Assembly: GCA_030867685.1 (NCBI GenBank) | Contig: JAQOWU010000008.1 | Span: 2,976,001 to 3,040,000 of the forward strand | Direction: 5' to 3' | Source: Wickerhamiella versatilis | Taxonomy: Eukaryota | DNA length: 64,000 nt | In this document: piece after piece, positions 44,452-53,826 of the stretch | Position numbering within the stretch: position 1 is the stretch's first letter | How the letters are laid out: each line of letters begins with the position of its first letter | Position numbers and translations under genes: made by a program | The notes under the pieces: model-generated | Databases searched by the model: none | Seen by the model: only the letters and a program-made list of their open reading frames with translations | What the model was told of the DNA's origin: nothing

Positions 44452-46278
44452 ATGATTTCTGCTCCGTTCGAGCTGCTGGTCCTTCCAGCGATACCTGGAG
44501 GGCATCAACCTGAAAATGTTTCCCTCTCTGGTAATGAGGAAGGTCTTACTCTCGGGGTGTCGCAGAGTTCAATAACGACGCTCACACTAAGACCTCCTCA
44601 AGTTCTTAAAGCATTTTCAATACCTCCTGGTACTCTTATTACCGCTGTAAACGGTGATTATTATGCTACTAAGGAGCGAAATAAATTTTTCCTGAGGTCA
44701 CAAGCGGGAGGAATGGTTGAACTTTCCTCTAGGGTACAAAAAATCTTTATTTGTTCTGATTTCATCATTACAGTGGACTCAAATGCTCATATTCACGCAT
44801 ATAAAGACTTTGAATTGAAATGGTCGGATATCTCGCGTCAGTCTGAGAAGTATTCATATTCTGGTATCATCGATAATGCGACTTTGGTTATAGTATCTCA
44901 ACATCATGAAAATATGGTCGTGAGAACTATTTTATGTGAACCTACCGGTTCCAGGGAGCTCTGTTGTACTGAAATCGCGGTTAAAGTTGATTATATCTCT
45001 TGCTGTGAAGAAAATCTTTACTTAGCCTCCGGCAATGAAGTCCACCTTTACAAGCTACCTGACGCTCGTTTAGAGTCCTCTTTTGTTCTAGAGGGTGAAA
45101 TTAATGGCTGTATAGCTGTTCCAAGGAATAATGTGGTTATTTCCCATTCATCTGGGCTGATACGCTTAATCGATTGCACCTATGAGAGCGAGATTTCTAC
45201 ATGTCAACTCCACGCTAAAATCCTTAGCTATCACGATGGTGCAATCCTAGCCTTAGCAGACGGCGGAATTTTAGGCCTCTCTGTCACTCCATCGAATGGC
45301 ACACTGCTTGAGTCTCTAGGTCGTGGGCTAAACAAATCCACTGAGTGGGATTTGACATTCACAGATATTTTCAACTCGTTTCAAGGTCCTGGCCGTGACA
45401 CTAAAAAAACAGCGGAAACCCAGCTCCTTAGTGCGCGGAGCGAGGCTCAAGAAGTCCTGGCTGATATTCAATTAGCGCTTGCGAATCGCAATGGAGAAGG
45501 AGTGGCCCGCATTGTAAATTACTGCAAGAATCCTGAGTTGCCCTGGTCTGATTCTCGTGCTCCCGGTCAACAGGATCTTGTCTATGAAGATTCAGACAGA
45601 CAGCTTGATCGTGAACTGGTAAAATCTATAGTCTTCGGAATATTTGGGGCTCCTAAACTGCATTTCAGGAATTTTATTCCGTTAGGAGTCGCTATATATT
45701 TCCTAACTCATCCCCTGTTTCCAACAAATGAGCCCGAGATTGATGGTCTGCTGCACTCCTTGCAGTCACAGCCCCTCCTTTACAGACAAGCCATAGTCAC
45801 GATGCCTGGTATATATGCACGTGAGCTTGTAGCAGCGTTGTTACACCCAGATCCTGATATTTTTAACGACGCTGCTCAGAGACTTGTTGAAGAATTCGGT
45901 GAATCGCAAATCATTCGTGCTTTTGAAACAGCTTTCGGTTTCGTTAAGTCGGCCAGTCAGTTATCTCTTCTGGTTGAACGCTTATCACTTAGTGCTGATG
46001 GATGGCCGTTGGTCGGTCCTCTCATCAGTGCAGTCGGCCTGTTAGCTTGGGATCCAGAGCTGCTCCAGCGCCTTCAACGCCGTTTTTCAGTCAATATCTC
46101 ATCAGTTGAGGCTGCCATTGCTGCCGAGTCAGCTTTAAAAGATGTCCTTCAGGGTCTGAATCTTGATGTCGATTCTCTGCATACGTCGTCACGTCGGAAG
46201 AAGAATCAAAAGCACACACGGCCAAATGTGTCGGAAAAGTTACCGAGTTATTCTATTGAGACGCTATCGCTACCTTGA
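44452..46278 (+). CDS. UTP8: U3 snoRNA-associated protein Utp8 (divergent)
   Basis: ISAPFEL..LP start, LGVSQSSI..L.LRP..V....IPP...IT, YFLTHPLFP and C-terminal LPSYSIETL. Confidence 0.75.
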   Translation: MISAPFELLVLPAIPGGHQPENVSLSGNEEGLTLGVSQSSITTLTLRPPQVLKAFSIPPGTLITAVNGDYYATKERNKFFLRSQAGGMVELSSRVQKIFICSDFIITVDSNAHIHAYKDFELKWSDISRQSEKYSYSGIIDNATLVIVSQHHENMVVRTILCEPTGSRELCCTEIAVKVDYISCCEENLYLASGNEVHLYKLPDARLESSFVLEGEINGCIAVPRNNVVISHSSGLIRLIDCTYESEISTCQLHAKILSYHDGAILALADGGILGLSVTPSNGTLLESLGRGLNKSTEWDLTFTDIFNSFQGPGRDTKKTAETQLLSARSEAQEVLADIQLALANRNGEGVARIVNYCKNPELPWSDSRAPGQQDLVYEDSDRQLDRELVKSIVFGIFGAPKLHFRNFIPLGVAIYFLTHPLFPTNEPEIDGLLHSLQSQPLLYRQAIVTMPGIYARELVAALLHPDPDIFNDAAQRLVEEFGESQIIRAFETAFGFVKSASQLSLLVERLSLSADGWPLVGPLISAVGLLAWDPELLQRLQRRFSVNISSVEAAIAAESALKDVLQGLNLDVDSLHTSSRRKKNQKHTRPNVSEKLPSYSIETLSLP

Positions 46279-46517
46279 TGGGGTTTTCCTTGTCAGTTTT
46301 ATCAAACCAATAAGGTGGTGTCTTCAATCGTGATATTTTAAAACACAATTCTCAGCAGAAATACGGTGAGAACGGGGCAAATTCCCTGCAGACGACATCA
46401 TTAAACTATTTAAAGTGATTGAAGAGCTTAATAATAAGATAATGGAACCTACTCGACTACTCAAATATCTCGTAAAAATCCTTATAATATAGTTTTTAGG
46501 TTTGTTGGAGGCAGTTT

Positions 46518-47663
46518 TCATGTGTTTACAGGCTCTACTTCTGCTTGCCCCTGTTCTGAAACCTCTTCATATTCAAACTCGTCTTCGTCTTCATCCTTAC
46601 CATCTTCTTCCATCTCTGCCAAGGAAGCCCAGGTCATAAGTACAAAGGAAAGTAGAATAACGAGCCCACCAAATACTTCGGCCAAAGTGATACGAGTGCC
46701 ACGAAGAACGTAGTCCACTATGGGAACCAAAAATGTAGCAAGTAGTGAAGATACAGAGCCGAAGACTGGGGACGTTAAGGACATCAAGACCAAAAATGAT
46801 CCAATAAATGTTACATTCATCGTAATGGACCATATAAGCGGTACCAAGACGGACTTGGTAGGCATCTCTAGTGTCTCAACTCCTGTCCAATGCAATATAA
46901 GTATAACTGGCCACATGAGGACAAGAGTTCCTACACCTATGAGCGCGCCTGTCAAATTGGCGAATGCCGCTTGTTTCTTCGCAGAAACCTCCTGAGGTGG
47001 TGAGGAAAGCTTTTTCGCCAGAACCTCGTAGAGTCCATAAAGAACAGATCCCGCCGCAATGATTAGGTTACCTATCATACGATGACTTCTGGCCTCTGTA
47101 CTAATATTGTTACTCCCGCCATATGCTACGATCACAACACCGAGTGCAGAACCCACCACAGAAATTATTTTAGCCCAGCTTAGCGTTTCGTGTAAAATGC
47201 AAACTGAAAACGCATACGCGTAAAAAATAGAACAGTTGTAAATAGCTGTCACATCTGAAGCTGTTGTTAATCCAATAGCGATATACCAGGACGCACCAGC
47301 TATATTCAAGGAAACTGCAAGAATAACAGTAACCACGGCAAAATACTTGTATACCGACCCGCTGTATCCATTGGCTTGCTGGATCTGCTGGGCAGTTTGC
47401 CGCAAATGTGTGGTGTGCTTTTTCCAAAAGCGTTTAAAGGACTGCTTTGGCTTGCAGACTTTCAGAACGAGAACCTGCAAGGGAAAGAGAAGCGAAACCA
47501 TGGAGTGCGTTAGGTACATCACAAATACAGGTTTGCTATATCCTTGTGCCGATACGCGGCTCAGCAGTTCTGTCTGTGCTGTAAAAGATATCAGCGAAAT
47601 CAAAAGTGCTGCCGCGGCAAGGTGATGCCGTCTCGCAGTCGCTATCGCTGCTTGATCTGACAT
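46518..47663 (-). CDS. EamA/DMT (SLC35F-like) transporter
   Basis: About 10 TM segments with YSKPVFVMYLTHS, TTASDVTAIYNCSIFYAYAFS and LYGLYEVL; first ATG at 47663. Confidence 0.85.
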   Translation of the reverse strand: MSDQAAIATARRHHLAAAALLISLISFTAQTELLSRVSAQGYSKPVFVMYLTHSMVSLLFPLQVLVLKVCKPKQSFKRFWKKHTTHLRQTAQQIQQANGYSGSVYKYFAVVTVILAVSLNIAGASWYIAIGLTTASDVTAIYNCSIFYAYAFSVCILHETLSWAKIISVVGSALGVVIVAYGGSNNISTEARSHRMIGNLIIAAGSVLYGLYEVLAKKLSSPPQEVSAKKQAAFANLTGALIGVGTLVLMWPVILILHWTGVETLEMPTKSVLVPLIWSITMNVTFIGSFLVLMSLTSPVFGSVSSLLATFLVPIVDYVLRGTRITLAEVFGGLVILLSFVLMTWASLAEMEEDGKDEDEDEFEYEEVSEQGQAEVEPVNT

Positions 47664-47817
47664 TAGTAATAAAATTTTGCTTCGCGTGTAACTTGAAATA
47701 CCCCGTCGTGATAAGATTGTTAGCAAATACTTAAATGGGCAAACCAAATTTAAAGTCTTTTTAGTGTCATCAATAAGCCTATATATCAACGATTACAATT
47801 ATAGTATTTTTTGGATG

Positions 47818-49563
47818 CTAACCCACGAGAATGTTAATTACCCGGTCAAAAATACTGCGTGGGGAAGACTCGTCCAACTCCTGCTCATGCTCTGTAACCT
47901 CTTCGAGGCCTCCATAAAGATCAATTTCCTCTAGCCGCTTTATCTTTGTCTTTTTCCACAATTTCCATAGCACATATACAGCGATGTCAAAAGGAATAAT
48001 AACATAGCTAAGTACAAAAGTAGTCCATGACCAATTCCCAGTGACAAAAACCGACCACCCCGCAAGCCAAGTCATGGCAAAAGTAGCCACGAAAGACGCA
48101 TAAGCAAGCCATGGTTGAAACGGACTGACGTATGGGAGACAATTGCGCGAAAATCCCTGCTTCTTGCAGGCATAAAAAAATCTTAGATAAGTAAGGCTCA
48201 TAAGGCAGTAATTCAGTAGTTCAGCCGGGGTGCCTAGAGATACAATCCAACTTAACACCTCACTTGATGAGCCTGACATTTGAAGGAAAGATAGCATCCC
48301 AAATCCTATTACGACCAAGGAGGCAACAATGGGCGCACCATTTGGCAGGCACTTACAAAATATACGAGGCGCATGTCCAGCCACAGCCATGCCATGTAAT
48401 GTCCGAGTTGCACAATAGAAATATGAGTTTCCAGACGAAAAAGCAGACAGTATTAACGCCACATTAATGATATGAGGCAAAACTGGGATATTCAGTCGAT
48501 TCATGGCAATGACATAGGGTGAAGCCACAGCACTTGTGCTCCCTCCGTTTAGAGCATGCACAAGGACAGGGTCATTATATGCACACACAATTCCCATGGC
48601 CAATGTTCCAAGCACAAAACACACCGTGAGCCGCCACATGACGCCCTTATATGCCTTAGGAAGTACTTGTCTAGGATTCACTGCCTCGCCAGCCGTCATA
48701 GAGACATAGTCTGGGCCTGCCACAGTATAAGAGGCCTGTGAAAGACACGAAGCGTATCCTAGGAACCTCCCAAGTGAGCCATCAAACTTGTATTCAGCAA
48801 AAGAACCAGGATCGCGCCAGTAACGAAACCCGTAGACATCATGTAAAGGATTACCCCCGACCATGGTAATGAACGTAAACAATAGAAGACCGATTAGCAA
48901 AAGTAATTTTGTGATAGACAACCAAAATTCAACCTCACCGTACCACTTGACGGGAAGAACGCTGTTGATGAGGGTATAGAGAGCGAGCTGAGGTACAATG
49001 ACAGCTGCAGGAGTAAAATCCGTACGCCAGTACTCAATTATATATGTTACACCTGTAATTTCAAATGGCACTAATGTTGCTTGAAGTATGAAAAAGTTCC
49101 AGCTACTTGCTACTTCAAGAGCATCATCAACACATCTCCCCGCTAACCTAGTGAAAGGACTGGCGAGAGGAAAATAAGAAACCATTTCACTTGTTGTCAA
49201 TGTCAGAAATACTATCGGTACGCACCACGTACTGAATGAAATAAATAAAGAGCCTGGCCCGCCCTTGTTAAGCACAGAGGCAATTTGCACAAACAAAGCC
49301 GTACCAATGGTACCGCCTATACCTATAAGGTTAATATGTCGAGGCTTGAGGCCTCTTTTGATAGATATAAAGGGGACTGCATGCTTGGGTTCCACTGTTG
49401 TCTGGCGAGAGCTAGATTCACTGGCACAATGCGAAATTTCATCAATGACACCTTTACCTTCCTCATAATTGATGATTTTGAAAGATTCGTCGACATTTTC
49501 GCTCACATCGCACACTTCCGGAGCCTTTACGTTGTGAGACTTTTCGTCATTGCCTCCCCACAT
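47818..49563 (-). CDS. APC/YAT-family amino acid permease (Agp2/Put4-like branch)
   Basis: KRGLKPRHINLIGIGGTIGTALF, YGEVEFW, GFRYWRDPG, AGEAVNPR..LPKA and SPYVIAM; substrate not determinable from sequence. Confidence 0.9.
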   Translation of the reverse strand: MWGGNDEKSHNVKAPEVCDVSENVDESFKIINYEEGKGVIDEISHCASESSSRQTTVEPKHAVPFISIKRGLKPRHINLIGIGGTIGTALFVQIASVLNKGGPGSLFISFSTWCVPIVFLTLTTSEMVSYFPLASPFTRLAGRCVDDALEVASSWNFFILQATLVPFEITGVTYIIEYWRTDFTPAAVIVPQLALYTLINSVLPVKWYGEVEFWLSITKLLLLIGLLLFTFITMVGGNPLHDVYGFRYWRDPGSFAEYKFDGSLGRFLGYASCLSQASYTVAGPDYVSMTAGEAVNPRQVLPKAYKGVMWRLTVCFVLGTLAMGIVCAYNDPVLVHALNGGSTSAVASPYVIAMNRLNIPVLPHIINVALILSAFSSGNSYFYCATRTLHGMAVAGHAPRIFCKCLPNGAPIVASLVVIGFGMLSFLQMSGSSSEVLSWIVSLGTPAELLNYCLMSLTYLRFFYACKKQGFSRNCLPYVSPFQPWLAYASFVATFAMTWLAGWSVFVTGNWSWTTFVLSYVIIPFDIAVYVLWKLWKKTKIKRLEEIDLYGGLEEVTEHEQELDESSPRSIFDRVINILVG

Positions 49564-49635
49564 GGAAACTTCAATATAACGTAATTTACGGCCCTGATTT
49601 ACGCAGCATAATGTTGGAGAGTAAGCATGTAGTTG

Positions 49636-49898
49636 ATTGGTGTTCTAAGATAAACACCAATTTTTTTTCTCCCAAATGAGCTGCTTGGATTTTGTATGTA
49701 TAAAGCTTTATCATTAGTCTCAGATCAGTCCAGTACTCATATTTATTGGAACAATGTGATATTTTTTGTGCACCCCCAATAACAAGTTTTATAGCTTTGG
49801 GCGGCTACAGGTCACTGTAACAAAATATGCTGGGCCTTGTGAATATAGTATATCACTTTAAACAATTATTGGCATGTACAATTTTTATAATTTCCAAT
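49636..49898. promoter_or_regulatory. Cluster of six CCAAT boxes in the permease/PUT2 divergent promoter
   Basis: ATTGG at 49636, 49745 and 49868; CCAAT at 49657, 49776 and 49894. Confidence 0.5.
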
Positions 49899-50171
49899 CA
49901 GGTTTTTAAGATGACTCTATTTCATACATACGGTGATATTTTAGGCGCGATGGTGTCCGCGTCATTGAGAAGGCCGCTGTACTGAAGTTCTGCTGCTTGC
50001 TAAAACATTATTTCGTCGTGCACTGATAATCGAGCACCATCTTAATCAGCCGGACGACCGTCCTGAGTTGCGCGAGAGCGTAATATGTGACTCGGGATAG
50101 GGCTCCTGGGAAATCAGATCTTAATCAACCATAAAGCAATTTCTAATAGTAAAGGCCGTTCAAGCATAATC

Positions 50172-51845
50172 ATGTTGGCAAAGAATTGTGCAACTTATCT
50201 GCGCCGTTATGCTAGTACTGCAATCTACTCTGTTCCTGAGCCATTGAACGAGCCGGGACTGAGTTTTGGCCCAGGCTCAGCCGAACGAGAAAAGCTACAG
50301 GCCGCCATCGCACGTGTCTCCTCTCAAGTACCAGATATTCCCCTTGTGATAGGAGGTAAAGAAATTCATACCCAAGAAAAATTGGCCCAAATTGGCCCCT
50401 TTGATGGGAAGACTGTAGCAAACGTTTCCCAGGCCTCGGAAACGAACGTTGGGGATGCTATTGAAGCATCACTGGTTGCAAAATCAAAATGGGCATCTCT
50501 ACCTTGGGATCAACGTGTTTCTGTATTCCTAAGAGCTGCAGATCTGATCACCGGCCAGTACCGCTATGACATGTTGGCGACTACAATGGTATCTCAGGGT
50601 AAGAATGCATTCCAGGCTGAGATTGACGCTACCTGCGAGCTAGCTGACTTCCTTCGATTTGGCTCCAAATATGCTGAGGAGCTCTACAAGCAACAACCCC
50701 TGCGACAGTCACCAGGTGTGTGGAACCGTGCTGAATACCGCGCCTTAGAGGGATTTGTATATGCGGTAACCCCTTTCAACTTCACAGCTATAGCTGGTAA
50801 TCTAACAGCAGCACCGGCTTTGATGGGTAACACAGTTGTTTGGAAGCCTAGTGACAATGCGGCCTTATCAAACTATTTGGTACAGAAAATCTTCCAAGAG
50901 GCAGGTGTTCCAGATGGTGTGATTAATTTCGTACCTGGACCACCAGGCCCTGTGACCGATGTTGTCCTAAGACATAAGGAATTTGCAGGTCTCCACTATA
51001 CTGGATCCACCGCAATTTTCCAGAATCTGTTCCAGAAGATTGCTGCAAATCTGCCGGTTTACCGTTCGTACCCACGTATAGTTGGTGAAACAGGCGGTAA
51101 GAATTTCCACTTTGTACATTCTTCTGCTAATGTAGGACATGCTGCACGCTCCACCGTGCGCGGTGCATTCGAGTATCAGGGACAAAAGTGCTCTGCAACC
51201 TCTCGAGCTTATGTTTCGAAGTCTATATGGCCAGAGTTCCGTGACCTGCTTGTAGCTGAGACAAAGGGATTGACACAGGGCAACTCGCTTACAGCTCAAG
51301 GGTTCACGAACTTTATGGGTCCTGTTATCCACGAACGATCTTTCGACAAGGTTAGCAAGGCAATCACAGAAGCCAAGAATGACCCTGAGGTCGAGATTCT
51401 TACGGGCGGAAATTTCTCCAAGGAAAATGGCTTTTACATTGAACCAACAGTAGTGGTAACGTCAAACCCGCAACACCCAGTATTGAGCACAGAGTACTTC
51501 GGCCCCTTTTTGGCCTGTTATATTTATGATGATGCAGCTGTTACCGAAACTCTTAAGCTTATCGATGAGACTTCGGTTTATGGTCTTACTGGTTCAATCT
51601 TTGCCCAAGATCGCAATACTATTGAATATGCATCCAGCTTGTTAGAGAATGCTGCCGGTAATTTTTACATCAATGACAAGAGCACCGGTGCCGTCGTTGG
51701 TCAACAGTGGTTCGGTGGTGCTAGAAAATCTGGTACCGACGATAAAGCTGGCAGTCAGCACCTTCTCACAAGGTTCGTCAGCGTGCGCAACATCAAAGAG
51801 ACTTTCTCAAACCTCGATAATGTTTTCTATCCATCTAACTACTAG
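50172..51845 (+). CDS. PUT2: Mitochondrial delta-1-pyrroline-5-carboxylate dehydrogenase
   Basis: Presequence MLAKNCATYLRRYAS, QAEIDA.CEL.DFLRF, GETGGKNFH, FEYQGQKCSA and NFYINDKSTGAVVGQQWFGG. Confidence 0.97.
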   Translation: MLAKNCATYLRRYASTAIYSVPEPLNEPGLSFGPGSAEREKLQAAIARVSSQVPDIPLVIGGKEIHTQEKLAQIGPFDGKTVANVSQASETNVGDAIEASLVAKSKWASLPWDQRVSVFLRAADLITGQYRYDMLATTMVSQGKNAFQAEIDATCELADFLRFGSKYAEELYKQQPLRQSPGVWNRAEYRALEGFVYAVTPFNFTAIAGNLTAAPALMGNTVVWKPSDNAALSNYLVQKIFQEAGVPDGVINFVPGPPGPVTDVVLRHKEFAGLHYTGSTAIFQNLFQKIAANLPVYRSYPRIVGETGGKNFHFVHSSANVGHAARSTVRGAFEYQGQKCSATSRAYVSKSIWPEFRDLLVAETKGLTQGNSLTAQGFTNFMGPVIHERSFDKVSKAITEAKNDPEVEILTGGNFSKENGFYIEPTVVVTSNPQHPVLSTEYFGPFLACYIYDDAAVTETLKLIDETSVYGLTGSIFAQDRNTIEYASSLLENAAGNFYINDKSTGAVVGQQWFGGARKSGTDDKAGSQHLLTRFVSVRNIKETFSNLDNVFYPSNY

Positions 51846-52013
51846 ATATGAAATAGGTTAGTCTAATATTTCATTTTTCTGCTTGCTTCCAAACCAAAAC
51901 TAAGGTCCGATGATGCTTGTATTTTCTCCGATTACTATCAGTGAAACATGCTACATGCTTATATGCATTAAGAGCATATATATGCGTTTATGTACACTGG
52001 TTCAGTTCCAGTT

Positions 52014-53207
52014 TTATGCGGGAACTGCCGTTAGATCTGTATTAATTTTGAACGGTCTTCCACGCCATTCTATTCGCGTCCCTAAAATAGCCCATGCCCA
52101 AATCGGAAATGCCATAAATTCTCTCAAGAACCACGCCCTTGTAAAGCCCCATAGCGTGTGTATTTTCTTTAGGCGTGAATGACTCCTCAGTACTGTAAAG
52201 GCTGTGAAGTCTAGGAGGAACCAGCAAGCGATATTGCTCAGTGCAAACCTTGCAGTTCGCCGGCCAGGCCAAGCTGCCATACCTATCAAACCACAAACAA
52301 AGCAGTCTGTGGAGGGTTCCAGTAGTGTGGCTAGTACGACCATGTATTTGCGTAGTCTTATCCAACGGACTCTCCTGGAAACAAATGCTGAAAGTGGCTG
52401 GTAACCCAATGGCTGAATGACAGGGTCCGCAGCCAAAACAGTTCGACCCCCTTGATCCCAGAGTGCTTGAGCAATCATATGATCCTCAGCCATGTATTTC
52501 GCGAACTTTTGCAGTCCTTCACCGAGATTAGAACCTGTAGCAGCATCGAGCTGAGAACGTCGATAGAGATTCGATTTACCCATCACGCATGGGGCGATTG
52601 CGACATCATTAATCCCCACATAGAATAAGTCGTGGGCCGTAAGCATATATACCTCATCTAACACAGCACCCCAACCACCCTCTTCGGCCAAGACTATTGG
52701 GGTATGATGAACGAGCTGAATATCAGGACTTTGTTCAAATAAAGCAACTGCCCTCGAAAGCGTCCAAGGTGCAACTTTAGCATTAGAATCTAAGACCCAA
52801 ATTATATCATGTTTCGCTGCTTTGTAGCCTTTGACCAGATTGTTAATTTTGGGATTCGGCCCGTATTCATCGTTGCCAATCAATACCCGGGCATCTACTG
52901 TGGGATATTCAGCAAGTAAGTCTTCCGCAACCTTGCATGCTGGATCTTCAGCATCTTCTACTAGCAGAATCAATTCAAACGGATGCAATTGTCTTAAGGA
53001 CGACCTTAGACACTCTCGAAGGCGAGAATCAGCGCCTTTCATGGGTCGTAGGATTGTGACCGGCGTTGAGGACTTTGGGATATGATCTACGGCGGATTTT
53101 CTTGTGCTCCAGCGACGCCAGCAAATACCTATAAGCCCAACAATCCTCACCGCTTGGACAAGGATGTATACCGCAGTGGCAGCCGCCGACAGGGTCCGCC
53201 CAAGCAT
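52014..53207 (-). CDS. HSX11: Ceramide glucosyltransferase (GT21)
   Basis: VTILRPMKG.D, GPNPKINNL, IWVLDSN, PCVMGKSN, MAEDHMI and RRVRW.RLRKYMV..ATLLEP. Confidence 0.93.
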   Translation of the reverse strand: MLGRTLSAAATAVYILVQAVRIVGLIGICWRRWSTRKSAVDHIPKSSTPVTILRPMKGADSRLRECLRSSLRQLHPFELILLVEDAEDPACKVAEDLLAEYPTVDARVLIGNDEYGPNPKINNLVKGYKAAKHDIIWVLDSNAKVAPWTLSRAVALFEQSPDIQLVHHTPIVLAEEGGWGAVLDEVYMLTAHDLFYVGINDVAIAPCVMGKSNLYRRSQLDAATGSNLGEGLQKFAKYMAEDHMIAQALWDQGGRTVLAADPVIQPLGYQPLSAFVSRRVRWIRLRKYMVVLATLLEPSTDCFVCGLIGMAAWPGRRTARFALSNIACWFLLDFTAFTVLRSHSRLKKIHTLWGFTRAWFLREFMAFPIWAWAILGTRIEWRGRPFKINTDLTAVPA

Positions 53208-53826
53208 GAGTCAGTCACGTGGCTGTGACAGAAGAGTGAGAACTGTAGTAGGCATTGCTATTATTCTTATTGCGTATAGTTTTAACTTCAAGAAGTTATC
53301 TGGAAATAAAGAGCAATTGGTGGAGTAGCATAGCAAGATCAAGTCAGCAGACTTACCGTGCTTGCTGTCGTCTGCGATTAGACAAATCTCATACTTAACA
53401 GTCTAGCAGGTTATATTTTAATGCGCATTTTTTAAAAAAATTCCCATAACGATTTGAGTCTAGATCGCTGATCAGTACCTCCAGCTACAACAACCTTTTC
53501 ACGGATCTTAGGGCTCGGCTGGACTAGTTCATCAGGGCTAGGTTATAGTTAAGCTTAGAAATATCATCACATGACTTGATCTCTGAAGTTCACCTTGTGT
53601 GAGGAACGGTATAAAAAAGTCTTTATTCATTCTAATCCCCGAGTAGGCCCTGGTTTATAGCTTTAAATTCCCTCTTTACTTGGACCTTTGTATACAGATG
53701 AGGAGAATAAATTAATTGATGACGCAAAACACGATCAAAATACCAGTTGGTTAGTAATTTGAGTGCTCCAACGGCGTTTCGAAAATCATTTACCCAAATT
53801 TCTTATTTCATTAAAAAAGGTGTGCT

